Shown one piece after another: positions 19,715 to 28,549 of a stretch of 32,000 bases of DNA. Source of the stretch: Xylella taiwanensis (lineage in GTDB: Bacteria > Pseudomonadota > Gammaproteobacteria > Xanthomonadales > Xanthomonadaceae); assembly GCF_013177435.1 (NCBI RefSeq), contig NZ_CP053627.1, positions 420,001 to 452,000 of the forward strand, written 5' to 3'. Under the pieces are notes generated by a model that was not told the DNA's origin, made no database searches, and was given only the letters and a program-made list of their open reading frames with translations. The translations under genes were made by a program, and so were the position numbers. Positions within the stretch are counted from its first letter, which is position 1; the number at the start of each line of letters is the position of its first letter.

Positions 19715-20962
19715 ATGTCCCATATGAAACACCTTGCCTTGCAATGCCGCGACGCCGCCCGAATGCTGGCCACGTTATCCTCGGATGCTAAGCGCCGCTT
19801 ACTTGAATCAATGGCCGCCGCCTTGGAGGCCGATGCTGGAGGAATCCTGACGGCCAATGCATCCGATTTGGAGGCGGCCCGCACCCAAGGTGCCGGCAGT
19901 GCCATGCTCGACAGACTTGCCCTGAATCCCAAACGCCTCGCCGGTATGGCCGATGCGTTACGTGACATTGCCGCGTTGCCGGATCCGGTGGGCCAGGTGA
20001 CGCGGGAGGACGTGCGTCCCAATGGCCTGTGTGTGCAGAAAGTACGGGTGCCGCTGGGCGTCATTGCGATGATCTACGAAGCCAGGCCCAATGTAACGGC
20101 CGATGCCGCTGCACTGTGTATCAAAGCGGGCAATGGGGTGATCTTGCGTGGTGGTTCGGAGGCGATCCGATCCAATAGTGCGATTGCCGCGGCATTGCAG
20201 CGTGCATTGCGTGTGGCTGGAGTGCCTGAAGCCGCGCTGATTCTGGTCGAGGATGTGCGTCGCCAGACCATGCTGGAGCTGGTGCAGCTCAGCGACGTGA
20301 TTGACCTGGTGATTCCGCGTGGTGGCGAGGGCTTGATTCGCTTTGTTGCCGAACATGCGCGTGTCCCGGTGATCAAGCATTACAAGGGCGTGTGTCATCA
20401 GTTTGTCGATGCTTCTGCCGATATCGATGTGGCGGTGCGTCTACTGATCGACGGAAAAACCACCCGTCCTGCGGCATGCAATGCACTGGAGACCTTGCTG
20501 GTGCATGCCGATATCGCCGCACGTTTCCTGCCCGCGGCGGCGGCGGCGTTACGTGCCTATGGTGTCGAACTGCGTGGTGACCCAGCCACCCGCGCCTTTC
20601 TTCCGGATGTGGCACTGGCCAGCGAAATCGATTACGCCGCCGAGTATCTCGACTTAATCCTGGCGGTGCGTGTTGTCCCCAGTCTTGAGGCGGCGCTTGA
20701 ACATATTCGCCGCTACGGTTCGGACCACACCGAGGTGATCGTGACTGGTGATCGGGCGAACGCCGACACCTTTGTGCAGGCGTTACATGCGGCGGTGGTG
20801 ATGGTCAATGCCTCCTCGCGTTTTTCCGATGGGGGCGCCCTGGGATTGGGCGCGGAGATCGGTATCTCGACCACACGGCTACATGCCTATGGCCCAATGG
20901 GATTGGAGGCATTGACGGTAGAGCGCTTCGTGGTGCGCGGTGAGGGCCAAGTGCGGCACTGA
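19715..20962 (+). CDS. proA: Gamma-glutamyl phosphate reductase
   Basis: ORF track 19652..20962. I prefer the ATG at 19715 or 19724 ([28 protein letters not shown]). Motifs: [14 protein letters not shown], catalytic Cys in [13 protein letters not shown]. Confidence 0.93.
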   Translation: MSHMKHLALQCRDAARMLATLSSDAKRRLLESMAAALEADAGGILTANASDLEAARTQGAGSAMLDRLALNPKRLAGMADALRDIAALPDPVGQVTREDVRPNGLCVQKVRVPLGVIAMIYEARPNVTADAAALCIKAGNGVILRGGSEAIRSNSAIAAALQRALRVAGVPEAALILVEDVRRQTMLELVQLSDVIDLVIPRGGEGLIRFVAEHARVPVIKHYKGVCHQFVDASADIDVAVRLLIDGKTTRPAACNALETLLVHADIAARFLPAAAAALRAYGVELRGDPATRAFLPDVALASEIDYAAEYLDLILAVRVVPSLEAALEHIRRYGSDHTEVIVTGDRANADTFVQALHAAVVMVNASSRFSDGGALGLGAEIGISTTRLHAYGPMGLEALTVERFVVRGEGQVRH

Positions 20963-21484
20963 TGTGCCGCCTCTTGGTGTGTTGTCGTGTACACCTGGGT
21001 TCACCCTTTAACAACGTCACCAGAACACCGCTATCCAGTGCTTGCCTACTTCTTAAACGCACCCTATCGCCACATCTGACCAGCCAAGAGAGCATCTACC
21101 TGCAAACGGTGGCGTTTCCCCGTATCAATGCTGCTTGGCTGTCCAACTGGACTGTCCACACCGTCAGCGTTGCGACCATCTCTCCCCATCCACCCTATTC
21201 ATGCATGCCTCCACAGCGCCGCGGGTCACATCGCCTGCGGCAATCTCACTACGGCCACTGCCGCAACAAGTCAAGGAGTGCTTGCCATGCGGCCTCCTCC
21301 CGCACACCGGCTTTGCCCACTTGGGATATATCGAAGTCACAGCAGCTCCGCAGACCACTCAGCCGGTTTGCACACCCAGCCCACCGGCCCGGCACCGCTC
21401 AAATACTTCAAAGCAAGCGATACCTAGTCCATGAGAAATAGAAAGACCACCACCAAAGAAAATAGAGACATGAGATATTTAATA

Positions 21485-21505
21485 AAACCCAATGCCATTG
21501 GGTTT
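21485..21505. terminator. Small hairpin aaacccaat-gcc-attgggttt at the start of the AT-rich block
   Basis: A 9-bp stem and 3-nt loop read directly. The A and T runs are part of the stem, so terminator function is uncertain. Confidence 0.3.
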
Positions 21506-21658
21506 CATCAAAGATTTCACAGGCATGTATATCACCCAGGTGAGGAGATCAACAAAACAGAGGGATTCTTAAATAGCAATGTTTCTTAAAAAAAGGGATT
21601 CTTTTGCCCAGGATCACACGTATTGCATCTATGTATTTAAACTCTCAAAGGACATCAC

Positions 21659-22027
21659 ATGCCGTTTATCAATGAAATTCCCTCAGCGGAAGATATTGAG
21701 AAATATGGATTGCTTTATAAAAATGATCTGAATTTGGATATGAAGCTGCGTCGTCAATGGACTATGGATCGTGAACGCAACTTTCATTTATACGGAGGTG
21801 GTGCCACTGGAAATCAAGCGTTTGAAGAGATTATTGATTACCGTTTCTATCTTTATCTGAATGGCTCGAAATTGATTATCGAAACTCCCGATGTACCGCA
21901 AACGCTGCTGGACAATGATTCACTTAATCAATTTATTGCCATCCTGAAAGAAGCAGTGACTGTGCACAGTGCGGGTTACCGTCATCGTCACATTCATATT
22001 CCCGTTGTGGTCCGTTTTGGATTTTAA
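21659..22027 (+). CDS. Hypothetical protein (AT-rich orphan ORF)
   Basis: ORF track 122 aa. ATG with AAAGGA 7 nt upstream. Its low-GC composition differs from the flanks. I recognise no motif. Confidence 0.55.
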   Translation: MPFINEIPSAEDIEKYGLLYKNDLNLDMKLRRQWTMDRERNFHLYGGGATGNQAFEEIIDYRFYLYLNGSKLIIETPDVPQTLLDNDSLNQFIAILKEAVTVHSAGYRHRHIHIPVVVRFGF

Positions 22028-22129
22028 ATTAGAGAAAAATAGTCATGGCACTCACTGCAGAACAAGTCAACGCATGACTCGACAGCATCACTATTAAAGA
22101 GCAGTGACGCGATTTAATTAATCAGCTCG

Positions 22130-22250
22130 ATATCCGGATGTCAGGATAAGTCATTTAAAAGCCTCATAATAGGGCCTTGTTTATCTTTTCTTGACATGTG
22201 CCGCGCAAGGTCAAAGATTTATACATGACACTTTCAGTTTGAGAAGCCTA
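22130..22250 (+). promoter_or_regulatory. Candidate res (resolution) site / tnpR promoter region
   Basis: Position directly upstream of tnpR, as in Tn21-type elements. It contains TGTC-type half-sites (tgtcaggataagtca, ttgacatgtg, atacatgaca). I did not map subsites. Confidence 0.3.
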
Positions 22251-22811
22251 TTGCAGGGGCATCGTATCGGTTACGTCCGTGTCAGCAGCTTCGACCAGAA
22301 CCCGGAACGGCAATTGGAACAGGTCCAGGTAGATAAGGTGTTCACCGACACGGCGTCGGGTAAGGACACCCAACGGCCGCAGCTCGACATCCTGTTGTCA
22401 TTCGTGCGCGAAGGCGACACGGTGGTGGTGCACCGCATGGATCGCCTAGCGCGCAACCTCGACGACCTGCGCCACCTGGTACAGAAGCTCACCCAGTGCG
22501 GTGTACGCGTTGAGTGCGTCAAGGAATGCCTGATCTTCACGGGCGAGGACTCGCCGATGGCGAACTTGATGCGCTCGGTGATGGGCGCATTCGCTGCGTT
22601 TGAGCGCGTCTTGATCCGTGAGTGCCAGCGCGAGGGCATCGCGCTCGCCAAGCAACGCGGGGCCTACCGTGGCCGCAAAAAGGCGCTCGCGCCGAAGCGG
22701 GTGGCCGATTTGCGGCGTCGCGTCGCTGCCGGCGACAAGAAGACACCACTTGCACGCGAGTTGGGCATCAGTCGGGAAACTCTGTATCAATACCTGAGAA
22801 AGGACGACTGA
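22251..22811 (+). CDS. tnpR: Tn3-family resolvase TnpR (serine recombinase)
   Basis: ORF track 22191..22811. The homology begins at LQGHRIGYVRVSSFDQNPERQLE (catalytic Ser present), where the usual Met is a TTG at 22251 preceded by GAGAAG. The C-terminal HTH reads LARELGISRETLYQYLRKDD. Confidence 0.85.
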   Translation: MQGHRIGYVRVSSFDQNPERQLEQVQVDKVFTDTASGKDTQRPQLDILLSFVREGDTVVVHRMDRLARNLDDLRHLVQKLTQCGVRVECVKECLIFTGEDSPMANLMRSVMGAFAAFERVLIRECQREGIALAKQRGAYRGRKKALAPKRVADLRRRVAAGDKKTPLARELGISRETLYQYLRKDD

Positions 22812-22813
22812 CC

Positions 22814-25724
22814 ATGCCGCGCCGTCATTTGCTGACGTCCACGGAGCGCATCGGCCTGCTTGCTTTTCCAGCCACTGACGATGAACGCATCCAGCATTAC
22901 ACCTGTGCCGAATCCGACCTGTCGATGATCCGCCAGCGTCGCGGCAGTCACAACCGGCTCGGCTGCGCAGTGCAGTTGTGCTATCTGCGTTATCCCAGCT
23001 TTGCCCTGCCAACTGATGCAGAGCCGCGCGCCTCTCTGCTGAACATCGTTAGCCGCCAGTTGTGCATCGAGCCAGATATCTGGCCGGAGTACGCGCAGCG
23101 CCCGGAAACGTGGCGCGAGCATCTGTTGGAGTTGCAGGCGTGGCTGAAGCTGACGCCGACTATCGGCACTTCGTCCACCAACTCGCCGAGCTGGCTCAAC
23201 AGACCGACCGTGGTATCGAGCTGGCCCAAGTGCTGGTCGAGTTGCTGCGGCAGCAACGTATCATCATTCCGACCGTCGATGTCATCGAGCGTGTGTGCAG
23301 CGATGCGCTGATATCGTGGCACGCGCCAAGTCTACGAAGCGCTCACCGCGCCGCGTGCTTGACGGCCTGCTGTCGATCCGTGAGGGCACGAAGGGCAGCG
23401 GCTGATCTGGCTACGCCAACCGCCCGGTTCGCCGAAGCCCAAGCATGGGCTGGCCCACTTGGAGCGTCTGAAGACCGTCCGCGATCTGGCGCTGCTGGAA
23501 GGTCTGGAACACGCCATTCACCAGAATCGGAAGCTCGCCCGCGGGCGGACAGATGACAGCCCAGCACCTGTGCGACCTGGAGCCGAACCGTCGCTATGCA
23601 ACCTGGGTCGCGGTGATCCTTGACACCCACGCCACGCTGATTGACGAAATCATCGACCTGTACGACCGTTTCATGGGTTTGCTGTTTAGCAAGGCCACGC
23701 GCAACCATGCCGACCGCTTCCAGCAGTCCGGCAGGGCGATCAACGATAAGGTGCGACTGTATTCACTCAGCGGTCGCGCCCTACTGGAAGCCAAGCCGTC
23801 GGGCGGCGATCCGTTCGCTGCCATCGAGGCGATCATTCCCTGGGATGCATCCAGCGAAAGTATTACCGCAGCGGAAACGCGCGCCAGGCCGGAAGACTTC
23901 GATTTCCTGTCCTTGGTTGGCCACGGCTTCACCCAGCTCCGGCGTTACACGCCGGCCCTGCTGGACGCGCTGACCATGAAGACCGCGCTGGCAATGCGCG
24001 AACTGCTGGCCGGCGTCGCAGTGCTCAAAGGGATGAACGACCGTCAGTCACGCAAGGTGCCAGACGACGCACCCACGTCCTTCGTGCGCAAGCGATGGGA
24101 AAACCTGGTGCGCACGGATGATGGGTTGCATCGGCGCTTCTATGAGCTGTGCGTTTTGTCCGAACTGAAGAACTCACTGCGCTCCGGCGACATCTGGGTG
24201 CAGGGATCGCGCCAGTTCAAGGACTTCGAGGACTACTTGGTGCCGCCGCCACGATTCGCGGCACAGCACGACCCGCAGGAATTGGGTCTGGCGGTCGATA
24301 CCGACTGCGACCTGTTCCTGGAAGCTCGTCTTTCGGTACTGCAAGAGCAACTGGAGACAGTGGAGCGGCTGGTCGCTACCAACGAACTGCCCAATGCGGC
24401 GATCACCAGCACCCAGCGAATCAAGTTTTCCGCTGGACAATGCCGTGCCTGATGAGGCTGAGGTGCTGATGCAGCAGGCGTGCAGCCTGCTGCCGCACCT
24501 GAAGATCACCGAGCTGCTATTGGAAGTCGATGGCTGGATCGGCTTCAGTCGCCACTTCAAGCGCCTCAAGAGCGGCGAGGCGGTCGAAGACCAGTATCTG
24601 CTACTGACTACCATCCTTGCCGATGCCATCAATTTGGGTCTGTCGAAGCTGGCCGAGTTCTGCCCCAATGCGACCTACGCCAAGCTGACGTGGTTGCAGG
24701 CGTGGCACATCCGCGACAAAACCTATTCGGTTGATCTGGCCGAGTTGGTCAACGCCCAGTTCCGTCAACCCTTCGCATCCTACTGGGGTGATGGCACTAC
24801 ATCGTCATCGGATGGTCAGAACTTTAAGTCCGGCGGCCGTGGCCAAGTTGCCGGCCAGGTGAACCTGAAGTACGGCCAGGAACCTGGTGTTCAGTGCTAC
24901 ACCCATATCTCCGACCAGTACACGCCATTTCATACCAAGGCCATCAACGCTACGGTGTGCGACGCCACCCACGTCCTGGATGGGCTGCTGTATCACGAAT
25001 CCGACCTGCGCATTGAGGAGCACTACACCGACACGGCTGGCTTTACCGATCATGATGCACCTGTTGGGCTTCCGCTGCGCCCCGTGCATCCGCGCCCTGT
25101 CCGACAAGCGCCTTTATATCCATGGCGAAGCCACACAGTACCCGACGCTCGCCGGCCTGATCGGCGGTAACGTCAACGTGAAGAACATTCGCACCCGTTG
25201 GGATGCAATCCTGCGGCTGACCGCCTCGATCAAGCAGGGCACGGTGACTACCTCGCTCATGCTTAGAAAGCTCGGCAGCTATCCTCGCCAGAACGGCCCA
25301 GCGGTGGTTTTGCGCGAACTGCGGCGCATCGAGTGCACGTTGTTTTGCGCTCGACTGGATGCAGAACCTCGAACTGCGCCGCCGCGTGCAAATCGGCTTG
25401 AACAAGGGGCAAGCCAAGAACGCCCTGGCCCACGCCGTATTTCTCAATCGCTTCGGCGAAATCCGTGACCGCAGTTTCGAGAACCAGCGCTACCGCGCGA
25501 GCGGCCTCCACTTGGTTGTGGCAGCAATCATCCTGTGGAACACGGTCTACCTGGAACGGGCAGTCCAAGCACTCCGTGATTCGGGCAAGAACATCGACGA
25601 GCGGCTGCTACCGCATCTTTCTCCGCTGCGCTGGGAACCCAGCGCTTGCTTTGAAGCAACATATTTCACAATTGGAACTCAGCGGGTTCTACCAACCTAT
25701 GCGTGTCATGGCAAGCTAATGTGA
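22814..25724 (+). pseudogene. tnpA: Tn3-family transposase TnpA (Tn21-subgroup-like), disrupted by at least six frameshifts; the C-terminal end diverges after ~25640
   Basis: Collinear TnpA pieces occur in different frames. They start with MPRRHLLTSTERIGLLAFP..RQRRGSHNRLGCAVQLCYLRYP (from 22814) and ADYRHFVHQLAELAQQTDRGIELA (~23160). Next come LIWLRQPPGSPKPKHGLAHLERLK (~23400) and ORF 23553..24452 (EPNRRYATWVA...[29 protein letters not shown]). The series ends with ORF 24394..25170 ([12 protein letters not shown]...[13 protein letters not shown]...[22 protein letters not shown]), ORF 24887..25468 ([10 protein letters not shown]...[24 protein letters not shown]) and ORF 25359..25724 ([21 protein letters not shown]...[11 protein letters not shown]). 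Confidence 0.9.
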
Positions 25725-26303
25725 GACCTCACATCCATATTCAGCGCTAAGCGGCACAGCTCAGCAAGCATCATGGATGTTCACCGGCAATGATCTGTTC
25801 GACAATCTCGCCGCCTCCTGCGAAGTTCGGGCTGTGGATCAGGAGGCGGTGGACATAGAGGCCAACCGCTATCTGGCTTTATTGACGATCTTGGAGGCGT
25901 CTTCGGAATGCCAGTAATCACGATATCCATGAGTCACACCTCTGAAAATATCCGCTATGCATAAAGCCGTGTTGCGTTCGTGGCCCTAGAGGCATATAGG
26001 CTGATATCTTATTGATATGCGGATGATAAAACATCATGTGATTTTACAATCATCAATTATTATGCGGATTAATTAAATTCAGTATTAAATATAAAGCGGT
26101 TCAACGTCAAAACGAGGCACTGTGGAGTGTCCGTCAAACGACCGTTTTATGAATAGGTCGCCGTACCCATCAATCTCTTTTTCAATATGATGGGATGCCC
26201 CTGCAAAGGAAGCATCCCCCATCAATACGTGCCGCATATCCTGGTACGTAACTAACCATTAGCAGGATGAGTACATCATCTTACAGATTGCAAACGTGAA
26301 ATA

Positions 26304-27314
26304 TTATTCTATATTACAGGCTTGTTTTACTTTATCTAAAAGATCAAAAACATCTTTATTAAAATAAGGGCTAAACGTTGAACCATCGCCGAAAAAAAAT
26401 GAATTTAGACCAATAACATAATTCCCACGGGGTTTTTTACTGTTGTTTAGTTTACCAATCCAAGCTCCACCGCTTGAACCATTTTCCATTGGATTATCTT
26501 TCATTTCAACAATGCCATCAGAGACGCCACTAAAGGTGGTGCCTTTGAAACCGTAAACTCTCTGTAAGTAAAGAGCATTCCCATAATTGATGGGATAACC
26601 AATGGCTGCCCATTCTGTGTAAGGTACGCCACTTCTCAATCCAAGCCAGCTAGGGTTCTTTTTATATGTAGTAATAAAACCGTAATCTTTCCTCAAATCT
26701 CTTCCAGTTTGCGTTACCGCACCATCTGGAACACCTTTACAAGCTGTTTTTAAAATTTCAATCCTGTTTTTTCCACGTGAACGAGGATGGAATACAATAT
26801 TCTTATACCATTTTCCATTGTCATCCACTAGGCAGTGGGCCGCAGTCATCAAAACCCGATTGCTGCCGACAAATTCAGCAGTGCAAGCATTGTCAACTCC
26901 ATTCGCTTCTGTGAAATATAGTATACCCGCATTCGAGAAAGGGTATTGGTCTACATCAGCTTCTTCAACAACGCCTTTGACACCCTTAGGGATAGGAGAG
27001 CCATCCCCCCCAGGGGAGGATTCTATGACTAATGTTTTTTCTTTTTCTTCATTATTCAACATGGAGCTTTTGAATCTTGCTTCGGTCTCCATTCTTGATG
27101 CTTCCTCTGCTGAGAGTACGATGCGCTTCGGTTTTGCGGCACGTATTCTTTCCTCAGTCCAATACTTTTCTGCAGATTCCTGAGTAGAAAGAGGAGAGCG
27201 GGGTATATCTATGATGAATCTCTGCTCAGGATTCTGTTCATCAATACCAGAATCAGCAAAAGCGATTGGTATAAAAAGGAATAATGAAAGCGGAGCTAAT
27301 TTGATAGTTTTCAT
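26304..27314 (-). CDS. Secreted trypsin-fold serine protease (S1 family, V8/Glu-specific-endopeptidase-like) with an N-terminal pro-region
   Basis: ORF track 26304..27338. I prefer the ATG at 27314 (AGGA 9 nt upstream), giving the signal peptide MKTIKLAPLSLFLFIPIAFA-DS. Catalytic triad candidates: His in LMTAAHC, Asp in RKDYGFI, Ser in ENGSSGGAW. The gene is strongly AT-rich. Confidence 0.85.
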   Translation of the reverse strand: MKTIKLAPLSLFLFIPIAFADSGIDEQNPEQRFIIDIPRSPLSTQESAEKYWTEERIRAAKPKRIVLSAEEASRMETEARFKSSMLNNEEKEKTLVIESSPGGDGSPIPKGVKGVVEEADVDQYPFSNAGILYFTEANGVDNACTAEFVGSNRVLMTAAHCLVDDNGKWYKNIVFHPRSRGKNRIEILKTACKGVPDGAVTQTGRDLRKDYGFITTYKKNPSWLGLRSGVPYTEWAAIGYPINYGNALYLQRVYGFKGTTFSGVSDGIVEMKDNPMENGSSGGAWIGKLNNSKKPRGNYVIGLNSFFFGDGSTFSPYFNKDVFDLLDKVKQACNIE

Positions 27315-28549
27315 TTCATAATGTCCTGGTGAAAACACAGATCTAGTTTATGAAATTTAATAATTAATTAAATGTAAAAGAAATATCTGAGATTGTTAAG
27401 GTGAGATGTTATCTTAATAGTTAACGTGATGGGATTCATTTTGTGGTGCTTTCACTTTTTGGCCAAGGCAATGCAAGAAGGCGTTCAATGTCGTGTATCG
27501 TACCCATTGCAGAAATCACTTCTGACATACAAATTCAGTCGCGTATAGAGGGCAGTTGCCATATGCTCTGAGCGCATCCTGCCACAGCGCTTCGGATTTT
27601 TCTTCGCGTTCTTTAAATACTGTCCGATATGTTTCACGTACGCTCTAGTGAGATGAACGGCGGTACCTCTGCGAGAGGCCAGACCTGGCCTTGGTAAAGT
27701 TGGCGATGCCATGTTTGGTTTTCAGGCCTCTGTCCGTCAAAGGACCGATGAGCGGACATCTGCAATTTGTTCATTTAATATGTATTGTTAGCATGTGATG
27801 AACGCTTTGTAATAATCGACATTACTTGGACACATTCACATCTCTACAAAAGCAACAGTGATGCAAACAATGAGAACGCATCCCGTACTACCGAAGATTT
27901 TTGATACAGACCTTGCGGAGATGTTCAAAAAGCCTGTACCGCCGACAGGTGAAGAAATCATCGCACTTTCAGTTCAAGAGCGTTGGTATCGTGAAGGTTG
28001 TGACGCGGTATGAAATAGCCATCCGAGATGCAGTCATCTATCCATGCGAAGACTACTGGTTTGGCAGCGTTGAGAGCACCAATTATATCACCCGCCAGTC
28101 TCTTGTTCGCTGTGTGTGTGGAATTGGGATCAAACTTTTATTCTTGTGATTGGAAACGACGCGAGAATATGGATGTATATATCCCATTGCCGCCTTTCTG
28201 AACCGCGTGTGTCGTGATTATTCGCCCCTGTTTTTAGTGTTAGTTCATACTAGCCTCCTTACACTAGTATCCAATGTGAATAGGATTGAATAGGATCAAG
28301 TCGGCACAAGCGTAAAGAGGTAAATGATGTAATAGGCTTCTTCATGTATCTTGACATCATTTCTATAGATGAGTAGTGATTATCCCGTGTGCCAATAATA
28401 AAAGCGCCATTAATGCAATATAGCGTGTTGCAGAAACAGAAAAAATAAGAAAAAAATCGATGCTAAGCATTTGGCCGCGCTGGTTTGATTGTTATCGTGC
28501 TAATTCTTATCTGATGCTGCGGCATCCTGGAAAATAGCTAAAGCTCCTA

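Larger units (their letters stand above)
22100..25724 (+). mobile_element. Tn3-family (Tn21-subgroup-like) transposition module remnant: res-like region, tnpR and a frameshifted tnpA
   Basis: The gene order res-tnpR-tnpA and the protein sequences closely follow the Tn21/Tn501/Tn1721 TnpR and TnpA as I remember them. I recognise no right terminal inverted repeat. Confidence 0.8.

Noticed and set aside
20962-21441. Three overlapping plus-strand ORFs (159, 99 and 99 aa) as genes
   Set aside because: Openness in all three frames is explained by the C-rich, stop-codon-poor composition. The peptides are Pro/Ser/His/Cys-rich and not protein-like.
22622-22813. 5' extension of the first tnpA fragment ORF overlapping tnpR
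   Set aside because: Transposase homology starts at MPRRHLLTS (22814), 3 nt after the tnpR stop. The upstream part is an out-of-frame read of tnpR.
25714-25751. 38-nt stretch ending ..cagcgctaag after tnpA, as the right terminal IR of the Tn21-like element
   Set aside because: It ends in CTAAG like Tn3-family IRs but has no GGGG outer end and little other similarity. Its orientation is also wrong for the IR that should follow the 3' end of tnpA. It does contain a small palindrome, atgtgag-ac-ctcacat (25719-25734).
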